Below are positions 12,999 through 25,844 of a stretch of DNA of 64,000 nt, in pieces. The translations under genes were made by a program, and so were the position numbers. The number at the start of each line of letters is the position of its first letter. Positions within the stretch are counted from its first letter, which is position 1. Source of the stretch: Octopus sinensis (Eukaryota); contig NC_042997.1 in assembly GCF_006345805.1 (NCBI RefSeq), positions 18,724,001-18,788,000 on the forward strand, written 5' to 3'. The notes beneath the pieces are model-generated. The model was not told the origin of the DNA. It was given only the letters and a program-made list of their open reading frames with translations, and ran no database searches.

Positions 12999-13216
12999 AT
13001 GTTTGTGTGTCTGTATTTGTCCCACAACATCGATTGAGAACTGATGCTGGTGTGTTTATGTAACCGTAACTTAGCGATTCAGTGAAAGAGACTGATAGAA
13101 TAAGTACTAGGCTTACAAAGAATAAATCCTGGGGTCGATTTGCTCGACTAAAAGGTGGTGCTCCAGCATGGCCACATTCAAATGACTGAAACAAGTAAAA
13201 GAGTAAAAAGAATAAA
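12797..13216 (+). mobile_element. tRNA-derived SINE family A, full length
   Basis: High similarity to the other copies. Confidence 0.92.
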
Positions 13217-13265
13217 GGGTAATGCAGCAAGGAAGAAAATAATGATGAGTACATTTCTTATTAAC

Positions 13266-13639
13266 ACAGTTCTTTATATTATTACATTTATATATTTGTT
13301 TTGCAAGATTTTTGATGTGAAATCGTGTGTTGAAACAGATATTGTTGTATTTAGGAATGGTCATTTTGCCAGTTAAGCCAATAAAAACACACGCACTATA
13401 TATTTGGTGTTACTTTGCTTCAGCGTTATTTATTTTTTTACATTAATCTTAATCTTATTTCGGCCAGAGTTCTTTCGTCACACTCCTGTGACCACATCAG
13501 TGGTCCTTTGCTTTCTTCTTTCTTATTTGTGTGTCTCTCCTTACTAACTGGTACCACCAAATATATAGTGCGTGTGTTTTTTTGGCTAAACTGGCAAAAC
13601 GACCATTCCTAAATACAACAGTTCTTTATAGTATTACAT
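13266..13639. mobile_element. Short element with ~70-bp internal inverted repeats, 22-bp flanking direct repeats and a central hammerhead-like motif
   Basis: IRs 13343-13413 / 13551-13620. Direct repeats acagttctttata(t/g)tattacat at 13266 and 13618. Confidence 0.7.
13462..13505 (-). ncRNA. Minimal hammerhead-like ribozyme motif (variant core)
   Basis: gacca-CTGATGTG-gtcac-aggagt-gtgac-GAAA-gaac-TC-tggcc. Perfect 5-bp stem II, stem I cca/tgg, core differs from CUGANGA at A9. Confidence 0.45.
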
Positions 13640-14145
13640 GAATGGCACTCCAAAATTAATTTCTGGAGCAAAATCCTGTAGTGAATGTCACTCACTTTTT
13701 AGAATGGAGAAACATGTTAAAATAAATGTACACACCATTATTTTGATTTTCACAACTTTGCATGCTCAAACCTCAGACCACTTCAGTTACTATTTTGTTT
13801 GTTATGTAAGTAAAAAAAGATCTATCTAGCTTCAAAGAACTGAAGAATTGAGTAGGTGAAATCACACTGAAATACCATGTCTGGAAGACCACTGGTGTAG
13901 CTTGGCACTTGGTGCATTTTTAGACACAAGCACTAAACACAGAGAATCGCTCTGTTAGACAAAATCCTCCAATCAAAGCCAATCACGTTATAGTGTGCAG
14001 GAATGTATTAAAAATAAATGCACACATTATTTTCATAGTTAAGATTTGATTGCTTATACTGAATACTTATGAATGCATATGTATGTATATATGTATGCAT
14101 GTATGTATATATACATACATGCATATATATATATATATATATATA

Positions 14146-14480
14146 AATTAGAAAAAAAACACCTTTTATCAATTCAAAATGAACAATTAAATTACACCAT
14201 CTAGAAAATTACATATAATAGGAATATTAAAATTGAAATAACAATAAAATGTCAATGTTTAAGTAAATTGCAAAAAATAATAATAAAAACATATATAATA
14301 GGTAGAATAATGACCCGTGTTTCATGGCTATGTGTAAGAAATGATTATAGTAGTAGAGAAATCACTTTGATATAACTATAGTCACTCATCATGTTAAAAA
14401 TAAATTAGAACAATAAAATAATTAATTAATAAATATACTTTAATCTAACAATAAAATAATTAATTAATAAATATGCTTTA

Positions 14481-14515
<35 letters not shown>

Positions 14516-14816
14516 GATTAAAGTATATTTATTAATTAATTATTTTATTGTTCTAGTTTATTTTTAACCTGATGAGTGACTATATTTATATCAAAGTGAT
14601 TTCTCTACTACTATAATCATTTCTTACATATAGCCACGAAACATGTGTCGTTATTCTACCTATTATATATGTTCTTATTATTATTTCTTGCAATTTACTT
14701 AATCATTGACATTTTATTGTTATTTTAATTTTAATATTTCTATTATATGTAATTTTCTAGATGGTGTAATTTAATTGTTCATTTTGAATTGATAAAAGGT
14801 GGTTTTTTTTCTAATT
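14146..14816. repeat. ~300-bp-arm inverted repeat of Penelope pLTR-like units
   Basis: 14146-14447 is the reverse complement of 14514-14816, with scattered mismatches. The spacer is a ~35-bp duplication plus (TA)n. Confidence 0.92.
14565..14653 (+). ncRNA. Type I hammerhead ribozyme (minimal stem III, extended stem II)
   Basis: taac-CTGATGA-gtgactatat...atatagccac-GAAA-c-atgt-GTC-gtta. Intact core, stem I taac/gtta, stem II 9/10 bp, GUC cleavage triplet at 14647-14649. Confidence 0.75.
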
Positions 14817-14922
14817 CTTTATATATATATTACATTGTGTAAAATTTGATTTAGTATTTCTAAATTGAATTTTTTCCTTGTAAGTTTGGATTTTATTCCC
14901 TCAAATAATAATCATATATATA

Positions 14923-14955
<33 letters not shown>

Positions 14956-15099
14956 TGAACCATTTATTCGCAATATTACTGAATCTGGAACTTAACTATG
15001 GTCTGTCTATGGCACTTATTCAGCATTACCTGACATCTTTGGGTCTCAATGACAGCATTATCTTGTATAACCTCAAATGTATATATATATATATATATT

Positions 15100-15288
15100 C
15101 CCCATCCCGGTGGCATGTAAAAAGCAGCCACTACACTCACGGAGTGGTTGGTGTTAAGAAGGGCATCCAGCTGTAGAAACACTGCCAGATCAGACTGGAG
15201 CCTGGGGCAGCCTCCTGGCTTCCCAGACCCTGGTCGAACCATCCAGCCCATGCTAGCATGGAAAACAGATGTTAAACGATGATGATGA

Positions 15289-15292
<4 letters not shown>
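15100..15292 (+). mobile_element. RTE LINE 3' terminal fragment
   Basis: Same terminus and (GAT)n tail as 11425-12020. Confidence 0.85.
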
Positions 15293-15343
<51 letters not shown>

Positions 15344-16539
15344 TCTGCACATATATGTAAATCATTAGATATAAGTATCAATAGATATTGATATGTTTCT
15401 GAGATTTTCATCGAGTCATTTGTTATTTACTAGGAGTAAATATTTGAATAATGCTTCTACTCCTGCTAACAATGAAATTCTCATTGACAATTACCATTTA
15501 TTTTTAAAGCACAAAATTTAAGAAATTTTTTTTCTTCTTTGTGTTTTTATAATTTTCTGCAGTAACTTCATGATTTGTATCAACATTATATCCCGGGTTA
15601 AATGAGTTTGCAAATAATTTATTGAACAAAATTTCTTTACATAATAAATAATGAATATGCATTTCCCATTTTCTATCTAATATCCACTTTCTAAATCCTA
15701 TTGTCACCATCATAATCATTTTATGTCCATCTTCATCATGCTTGCATGGAATAGATGGGCCTTCACCAATACAGAGTTTCACCAGTTGTAGAGGTCTCTT
15801 TTCATATCTGCCATGAGATCAATTTCTACTTCTTTCTGTGTCTTTCTCAGTTTACCTTTTCTGCAGAGTCCTTCCACCTTTCTTGGCACTTCTTTATGCA
15901 ACTGTCATCCTACATATGCATCATATCTATATCAGCTCAGTCTCCTCTCTTGCACACTACATCTAATTTCTCTTATTTCCTCATTTCTTTCAAGCCTTCT
16001 GACATCATCTACATTCAGTCTCCAGGTTTTACTCTTATATGGGTATTGCACTTTATATACAACGTTAGAAAGAGAAACACTTTGTTGCAGCAGAGGTATT
16101 TGCTCTTTGAACTTTTCCTGCCATTCTTATTCTGGCTAATATGACTTCAGTACGCCCACATCAACGTTCTGCTACTTATTCTCTCTCTTTCTCTCTCTCT
16201 GCCCCCACTCCATCTCTGTATATATACATGTGCTACAGCTATCTTTCAAAATCAAGAATTATTTGGTAGCGTATGCAATGCTTTTGTCAATTGTCTCAGG
16301 GCCCAGGTAGTTGCAAGCAGGCAGAAAAATTCTAAATCCCTACTTTCCTTGGTCCAGTAGAACATCCTGGAAATGAAAGCTCAAGAGAGTGGTGCTGCAC
16401 TAACCTTTAGCTCCTAATTTATATATCAATCTTTATAGGATGAAAGACAAAGTTTACCTCAATGGGAATTAATCTCAGAGCAAAAGAACTGGAATAAATA
16501 TTGCAAGGCAATTTAGTATAAATGTGCACGAAACTATCA

Positions 16540-16682
<143 letters not shown>

Positions 16683-16702
16683 TAAATATATATGTATATG
16701 TA

Positions 16703-18655
16703 TCATCATCATCATCATCATCGTTTAACATCTGTTTCCCATGCTGGCATGGGTTGGACAGTTCGACTGGGGTCTGGGAAGCCAGGAGGCTGCACCAGGC
16801 CCCAATCTGATCTGGCAGCTGGATACCCTTCCTAATGGCAACCACTCCAAGAGTGTAGTGGGTGCTTTTTACATGCCACCAGCACAAGGGCAAGTCAGGT
16901 GACACTGTTTTTGACCATGCTCAAATGGTGATTTTTACCTGCCAGTCAGGCAGCACTGGCATCAGCCATATTCGCATGGTGCATTTTACATGCCACTGGC
17001 ATAGGAGCCAGTCTTGTGGGACTGGCATTGACCACTCTCGAATGGTGCTTTTTTACGTGCCACTGAAGAGGTACTGGCATCAGCCACAACAATGATTTCA
17101 CTTGACCCAACAGGTCTTCTCAAGCATAGTTTATTGCCCATTGATTGAATGGTACTCTTAAATGGGCCATTTATGCTACACTGGCATAGGCCATGGTTAC
17201 AGTCTCGCTTGGCTTGCTCAGTCTTCTCAAGTAAAGCATATCTCCAAAGATCTTGGTCGCTTGTCATTGCCTCCATGAGGCCCAACATTCGAAGGTTGTG
17301 TTTTACCACCTCATCCCAGGTCTTCCTGGGTCTACCTCTTCCACAGGTTCCCTCCACTATTAGGGTGTGACCCTTTTCCACACAGCTGTCCTCATCCATA
17401 TGCAACACATGACCATACCAGCACAGTTGTCTCCCTTGCATACCACATCTGATGCCTCTTGTGTTCAACTTTTCTCTCAGGGCACTTACACTGTTGTGTA
17501 TACACACTAACATTACACATGCATCGGAGTATACTAGCTTCATTTCTTGCAAGCTTACACATGTCCTTAGCAGTCACAGCCCATGTTTCACTGCTGTGTA
17601 GCATGGCTTTTTGTATACATGTGTCATACAGTCTACCTATCACTCTGAGAGGGAGGCCTTTCTTACTATCAGAGGTAGGAGTTCTCTGAACTTTGCCCAG
17701 GCTATTCTTATTCTAACAGCTATGCTCTCAGAGCATCCACCCCCACTACTGACTTGTTCACCTAGGTAACAGAAGCTATCAACTACTTCTGGTTTTCTCC
17801 CCTAGAATCTGATGGAAGCTGTTTCCTGCACATTTTCGGTGTTTATTGACCCTGTGCATTTGCCACACATAAAAACTATCTTCCCAGTTAGCTTTCCTTT
17901 GATATTGCTGTACCTCTTATGTATTCATAGCTTACACTGAGTATATCTTACAGAGTTTCTACCTATGCCATTTCTACAGATCAAACAGGGCAAGCTACCT
18001 GAAGGGATTTGCCTGTCTTCCTACTTACTAAGACTTTGGTTTTTGCTAGATTGACTCTAAGGCCCTTCGATTGTAAACCTTGCTTCCATACCTGAAACAT
18101 CTCCTCTAGTTCTGATAGGGACTCAGCTATTAGAGCAATGTCATCAGCATAGAGGAGCTCCCAGGGGCATCCTGTCTTGAGTTCTTCTGTTATTGCCTGG
18201 AAGACTATAATGAATAAGAAGGGGCTGAGGACTGAACCTTAGTGGACCCTTACTCCTACTCAGAATTTCCTGGCAAGGATGTAATCAATCTATCTAGAGT
18301 GTCCACCAGATGGCAGGTTTCCTGAAGTTAGTATTACAAACCATAAGATCATTTGCATCATAGAACTCCAGCAGCCTGGTTCCCTCCTGATTGCCAGAAC
18401 CAAATTCATAGCCACCATGTACACCATGGAAGACAATTGCATGTTGTCCAACATGCCCATTGAAGTCACCGGCCACAAAGAGAAGGTCTCTGTCATTTGT
18501 CGATGAGGTAGTCTGCAAATGGGTGCCATAAAATCAGTCTTTCTTTTCATCAGGTAACCCTGGCTGAGGGGCACAATGGTTGCTAATCCATGTTGCAGCA
18601 CTTATCTAAGCTTAAGTATTCTATCACAGACTCTGCCTGACTTAATTACCTTATC
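16703..18655 (-). mobile_element. RTE-clade LINE relic: AP-endonuclease fragment, RT C-half, Cys-rich insert, thumb/C-terminus, 3' UTR
   Basis: LFVAGDFNGHVG...GTRLLEFYDANDLMVCNTNFRKP (EN). GSVLSPFLFIIVFQAITEELKTGCPWELLYADDIAL (RT). RGRPRKTWDEVVKH (C-terminus). Multiple stops and frameshifts. Confidence 0.92.
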
Positions 18656-18776
18656 GATATGTTACCTATTTATATACAATGTTAGAAAGAGACTTAATTA
18701 CCTTATTGATATGTTACCTATTTATATACAATGTTAGAAAGAGACTTAATTACCTTATCGATATGTTACCTATTTA
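18639..18776. repeat. 52-bp tandem repeat (~2.6 copies) at the LINE junction
   Basis: Unit gacttaattaccttatcgatatgttacctatttatatacaatgttagaaaga starts at 18639, 18691 and 18743. Confidence 0.9.
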
Positions 18777-19862
18777 CTCGATTACCTACATATATACATA
18801 TATAAATATGTGTGTGTGTGTGTGTCTATTTATATATATACGTGTGTGTATTTATAAATATAAATAAACACACACACATATGTACATTCACACAGATATA
18901 CAAATGCATAAATATACCCAACCAACCAACCAACCAAACAAACCAACCGACCAGCCAGCCATCCAGCCATCCATACATCCATCCGTACAAACATATATGA
19001 ACACATATATATCCACCTATCTATTTACTATCTAGGAGCACACATAAATGTATGTTATTTCATTATATGCTTTAGTATTACACCATAACTTACTAGTTAC
19101 ATACATGTCATCTTCACTAGCCTTAAAACCTATCATAATATCTACTGCCAGCTTTATTTCCCCAACTAACATTCCACAGCATCAGATTATGCACCACTTC
19201 TGTTTGTCATCACCATCAGCATTGCCTACATCACCACCACTACCACCACTGACATTGTTGCCACCACTGCCATCCTCCTCCTCATGCACAGCTTCTTCCC
19301 CAGCTCAGTTTTAAAAGTCCATGATGTTTGTTATTCCAGCATAGGTTGAAGAGGTCTCCATTAATATTGTAGCCTCCAGCTGTTTCTATACTTCATCATT
19401 CATCACTAAATCTTAACTTGCTCACATTTGATTTAATTACCTTACTCCATGTCCTTCCTAGTTTACTGGTGCCCTTGCCATTATCTAACATCTAGCATCT
19501 ACAAATATTTGGAAATTTTAGCTATCCTTATGGTGTAATTGCGTTTATTATGTTTCACTAATATCACACAAGTTTCATATGTATCATAATTAACTCAAAA
19601 CTGAGAACAAATTGAAGTCATCTTCTAGTGAGTATATATATATATATATATATATATGTACATAAACACACACACACAATGACACACTTGTATATATACA
19701 TGCACATATATATGATTGCTTTAGATTCTCATACACTATCTCTCACATACAAACTAACTATATGAATATGTAATATATATATATATACATATATATAGGT
19801 AGATAGATATACAAATATTTACATACATACATATATATATACATGCTTATATATATATATGC

Positions 19863-19895
<33 letters not shown>

Positions 19896-20199
19896 TGCAT
19901 ATATATGTAAACATATATGTACATATATATGTACATACATGTACATATGTGTATTCACCCACAAAAAAAATTAAACACATATATATCTGTGATGTTTAGA
20001 ATTTCACTTTGCCACAACATGTCTTCATGTTCAATTCCATTGTGTAGTTCCTAGAACAAGTGAGTTCTAAAAATAGTCTCAGTTTGACCAATGTCTTGTA
20101 ACTGGAATTTGGTAGACAGAAACAACATCTATATATGATCAATGAGAAAAAGTAAGGGTTGTCATCAGGAATGCTATATTGTGTCAGAATAGTATTTTG

Positions 20200-20825
20200 T
20201 GAAGTCTTCTCAGAAAGATTGACATGAAATGTGTTGCCATGCCTATGTGTAATGCTGATAGCTGGACTGACCAGTGCCAAATGATAGTTAAGTGCAAACT
20301 TGAAATAAAGAAAGGCAGATAGCCTCAAGGAAAAGCAATGAAATCTGCTCCAAACCTCAATGAACTCAGATCCAAGGAATCAGCTTGAACATATACTGAA
20401 CCACTCATTAAAGACAATGGACGACTCAGACCACTGCATCAAGGACAAATGGATAAAATTCTCGAATACTATCTTGGCATACGCACTTGAAGTCTTAGGG
20501 GAAATAGAACATAAATATAAAGTCTGTTGTGGTGAGAATAATGATTAAATAATACGAGAACCACCCCCAAATTTTCTGTTAAATAATACACAAAGAAAGG
20601 AATCAGCATGTATGAGTTGTTGTTACCTACCACAGGAAAAAAATATCTCTGAACTAAGGAAAAATGATTGGCTTCAGCAATGAGCTAGGAAAATACATCA
20701 CCTGGATAAGATAAGCAACATTAAAGGCTTCTATAAAGTGATTCATGCTATGTATGAACCTCAAAAAATGAAAACTGCCTCCTTACTCAGTTCAGATGTC
20801 TATTGACAAAGAAATCATTGAGACT
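20200..20825 (+). pseudogene. Decayed RTE/BovB-like LINE fragment (EN C-terminus and linker)
   Basis: ADSWTDQCQMIVK and NIKGFYKVIHAMYEPQKMKTASLLSSD resemble the RTE-BovB CWTDH...FY..LK.VYGP...PLLSSDG pattern. Confidence 0.55.
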
Positions 20826-22499
20826 AAAGTGTATGCATACACACCACAAATACATACATATATGCTTACATATATAATATCTTGTATAAACATCTATTCA
20901 ACACACTACCATAAGGCTTTTGTAACAAATATCAAGGACTTCAGCAGGTGTGATATTATAACACAACCATTGTAACAAACTAAAAAATATACTAATAATC
21001 TTCATCAGAGACCGAATGCTGATAGTAAAGTTTGTATAGATCTGAATATATATAAAGAACTATATTCAATTTTAAATTCACTCTGTATTCAGTCCCTTAT
21101 TTCAATAACTGTATACTTTTGGCTTTGCCAGTATGTTACAATTGGAAATACACAAGCTTCCGACTCTGATACTTTAATGCTTGGCTACATGTTTTCTAAT
21201 ATGAATAATGTATGTCCTATTTTAGAGTGTCAAGCAGATTTGTGCATGAGATATTTATCCTATCAATCTTTTAATCTCAATATTTTTTGTTTTTCTCATT
21301 GAGGTCTTTCTAAATCTGTCGCACGTGAAAATTTCTTGTTATTTTCAGAAGCTTTACTTCAATATATATGTGTGTGCTTATACGTGTGTGTGTGTATGTG
21401 TGTATGTGTGTATATATCCCTTTGATTCCTACAAATGAATGAAACAGCAATGAATACACAAGGTAGCATTATATTTATTAGAAAACAGGTACTGATTTGT
21501 TCCATCATTACTCAGAGTTTCACACACTCACATGAGGCATAAGGATAAGATCGTTCAAATGATAATTTTGGGGCAAATAAATCTGAAAGATGTTTGGGTG
21601 AGTAATATCCATTAAATTTAGATAGTTCCTTACAAGGTAGTCATATGTTTGGATTTGTTGCAGATTTACAGATTTACAGATGGCAGAACTACTAAGATAT
21701 GCAAAGAAGTAACTCAGTCCTTGGCTGTTGCTTAGAAGAACAATTACTTCTCAAGTTGGCTGCAACTTACTAAAGCTGATTTTTATGAATTACGACCTCA
21801 GAACAACCAGAAACAATTCAAGAATAACGTCTTCTAGTAGTGGGTACTGAACCGTAATTTTAAACTCTAGTTAAGAGATTCATGTGTTATTTCATTATCT
21901 GGAAGTATTCAATTCGTTAAGACACACAGTTCCATGACCTATTAAACTATGAAGTAGCATACCATCTACGTTCTAAGTTATTTGAAGACATACCAGTTTC
22001 TTGTTCAAGTATTTGCCAGCAACTCATGATATGCAGGCAGATTATTCCTTCTTCTTTGATATTAAAGGGAGGATGAATTGAACAAAAGTGATTGTGTTTG
22101 GAATTAGTCTCATATAATTCTTTCAATGCCATCCAAAGATATTATGGTTACTTAGTATGATTGCAAAGAAGTATAAACCTGCAAGAAAACATGTAGAGGA
22201 ATTTTGACAGTTAAAATTTGGTGGCTGTCTGGTAGAATTGTTTGTAGTTGTAGTCCTTCATGTAAGAAACTATATTTTTGATAACTGAATTTAACATTAT
22301 GTGCATCAAAGAACTTATGGTAAGTGAGTTAGAAAATGTTTTCACAAATGCATTTTAACGATGCAATTTCAGTCAAGACATGTTAAAAGTACAGTGGTGT
22401 TCATCTATGTTTCAAATAGAAATGCTGAAAACCAAAACAAAATACATTTTCTCTGAACAGTAACCAGATATTCTTGATTATATTCCTAGCTATACTATC

Positions 22500-24300
22500 A
22501 AGCTACATATAGATAACATGAACGTGCATATCAGATGAAACAGGCAAGGAATTGCATGGACCAGTCCAACTAACATATGATAACAGATAAAAAGATATGT
22601 CGTCTGTCTGCAACAAAAATAGTATGCTTTGTTGAAAACTGCTATTTGTGTACAAATAGATACACAATAAAACTTGGGGATCCTTGAGGTCATCAGAAGG
22701 AAACATTAAGAATGAAATCTATTAGATTGTCATAAACAGAAGATGGATATCAGTACTCTGTGACTTAAAAACTGGCTAAGTAGTAGATATTAGCTATGGT
22801 CACTACATGTTTTGAGCTGATATAAAATAACTGCTGAAAGGTAATATAGAAGACAAGACTGATTGAGCTATACGAAAGAGAAAAACGTAAAAATGAAAAT
22901 GTAGTGCTAGTTCAAAAATAATTTTGAAGGTTTACAGAGGCAACTGATGTTGAACAGTGGAAAATGCTCAGAGATACGGTCAGAGAAAGAGAGAGAGAGG
23001 GGGGAATAAAATCTCCAAAACAAAGAGTACAAAGAAAGGAAAGTTGAATACAAGGAAGAACATACTGACTGATGAGGCAAAAGTAGATGAAGTAGCGTAA
23101 AGATCAAGCAAGGACATGAAAACTGAACAGTATCAACTGTTTGATTACTAAAGTAAAGAGAAATTTCTGAACTGACAAGAAGACCAGTTTTGAAGAAAAC
23201 GAGGTGAATTAGAATAGACAACCCACTAAAATAATATGAAGACACTACAAAAATTTTCAGACCTGGTAGTAATACCAAATGCATTAGTAAAAGATGAGTA
23301 GGAAACTATACTTAACAGCTGAAGAATAGAATGTTCATCGGGTGGAGTACTTCTAGAAGCTACAGAACTCTCTACCTCCATCCAGGAGCAACTAAGAAAA
23401 TATTTCTCATGAACCATAGTTCGATGTAGAAATGAGAAACATCATGAGATAACAAAACTAGCAGGGAATTAAAAAGTAACAAAACTGTAAGTCTAGACAT
23501 GATATAAGATTGAGCAGTCAAAGCATGAAGTACTGATGTAACACCACTAACAAAATTATTGCAAAGTTACTGGCAGCAACAGAGTGTTTCAGAAGAGTTG
23601 TGGTGCTCTGCATGGATCTGAGTGCTGAAGAAAGGAAGCACAGCTGATTGTCATAACTGAAACAGAGTTCCCGTTACTGTTAGACCTAAGCAAGGCATTT
23701 TGCCATATGCTACTATGTCAATGTTCATGACGTTGTTAATGCAAGGCTACAAGGAGAACAGGGGAAATTTAAACAACAGAGGTCATTCTATGAACAGATC
23801 TTTGCAAAGTGGAATGTTATTGAGACATGTTTGGAGTTCCAGTGACAGTTATCAATAAAAGTTAATTTCATTGACTTCAAAAAGGCATTCAAGCAGTGTG
23901 CATTGAAAGTCTCTGTAGAGAGTTGCATGAATATCTTGAATTAATTTTCTGAAGTCCTATATCTCACACTTTAGAAGCATTTATCTAAAGTCCAGTTGTT
24001 ATGTGAAGAATGAAAATAGAAATAACTTGATACTTTAACAACACCATTAGGTGTTCACTAGGGATGTAAGGAATCATAAATTCATCATGAAAATGCATTC
24101 AACAGCAATGATAGGGACAACCAATAAAAAGATCTGAGACAGTTAGCTGATATAGAATTTGCAGATGATATTGTGCAGAATCCAGAGGCCTTCTACAGGA
24201 CCATCTCTGGATTCTGCCAACAGTGCAATAGGCCATCTAAGTAAAGTGAAAAATAAAACTGGATGGCTGTAAAGGATATAGAGACTGGACAATAAACATG
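22500..24300 (+). pseudogene. Highly decayed RTE-type LINE ORF (EN end through RT)
   Basis: Remnants in order: TW.S...NEI...INRRW, FIDFKKAF (23867), GVH*GC (24050), LADIEFADDIV (24144). Confidence 0.65.
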
Positions 24301-24477
24301 GTACACTACCTTACTGGTCGATGGCTAGATTGTTGTTGACTATTTGACCCATGGACACATTGGACACTAACAGGAGGTAATAGAAAACATAGAACCCACA
24401 ATTAATCAGGAACAGTGGTAGAGAACTACTCACACATATATACATACAGACACAAATGCACTCATTTATACATACAT

Positions 24478-24516
<39 letters not shown>

Positions 24517-24538
24517 CAACACACACACACCACACACA

Positions 24539-24569
<31 letters not shown>

Positions 24570-25844
24570 TACATACATACATACATACATATCAGTCTGT
24601 CTGGAGTAAAGTATGGCTGAAATTGAAATCTTGGGGAGAGAATGCAAATCCTGAATCCATTAGCTACAATGATCATGGTATCTGGAACTATTAATATCTA
24701 GAAGACTTTCTTAAAATTTCAAGGATGACAGTTAAATCAAGATACATTCCGTTGAGGTGAAATCCTGACACCCCTGAGGGATAGCAAGTGAACTGATCTA
24801 AATCATATAAAGGCGCATACGTACTGACAGTGCAAGATACAGAGTGGTGTGTGTAGTCGCATTTGTGAAGGCAGTCATAAAAATCGTTGAGAGGAGATAT
24901 AAGTTGTTACGTGTTTGTTACTGATTTAGTTTTTATAGTATTATAACACTGTTACAGTGTAGGCTATATCCAAACGTCAAGGATACAAGACTTTCCTTCA
25001 CAACCTTGCTACCAAGTCAGTAGCTAGTCAAAATTTACACTAACTTAAAAAGTGAAAGACAAGACATGTGTACATAAATATATATATTACACGTTTTACC
25101 AACAGAGAGAATTTTTTCTCCACAGTAACTTTAGAAATTGAAACATGTCACAAACAAATGTTTAGAAAAGGAATCCAGAATATATAAGCCTGCAAGTCAC
25201 TGTCTTCTTTTACATAGTCTATCGTTATTGAAAATTAGTTTTCTTTACTTCTAGGAAAATTCCTCTACTTTGGAGATGTTAATTATATGTTTGAACAATG
25301 TTTTGACAACACAGCAAAGATATAATGCTGGTCGGCACACTTCTAAGAATAGCATCGCAGTTGAACACTTTTGAAAATTGAGATTGCTTATCAAAAGCGT
25401 CGTAATTTTACAGAACGTTGTATAAATATTGTTTGCTTTGTCATTGTATGATATTATGTCTTAGCAAAGATTTGGGCAGTTAGCAAGTGTGTCAATACGC
25501 TTAATGTAACTCTGTTTATGTATGTTTCACAAGAACAAAGAGACATATTTAAATTGAAAGGGAAGACAATTATTATTATCTACTATTGATGTTGTTGTTG
25601 TTTAGCCCAAGGTAAAATATGATCAAAGGCTTTCAGCTATGGCTATCACATTTTGTTTTTAAGTGTTGTTTATCAAAGATTACATTTCCCAATATATCCT
25701 TCCTTTCTTAAGATGGTAGAATCTGATATGCATAACATTTAGTTCTTAATTCTAGCATGATGAGAGGCTATGTAATTGTTTCACCATAAATTTTACTACT
25801 GGCATTATTTGTTACTTTCTTTTGGTTTATTTTAGTTAGTTTAA

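Noticed and set aside
16986-17552. 188-aa ORF as a functional gene
   Set aside because: It is the C-terminal piece of a frameshifted RTE ORF reading into the UTR.
20990-21015. CTGATGA on the minus strand as a hammerhead (also 23068, 43536, 59915, 61325)
   Set aside because: No downstream stem II/GAAA/UH arrangement was found.
24745-25100. DNA transposon or LTR end
   Set aside because: It looks element-like, but I found no matching second terminus or TSD in the window.
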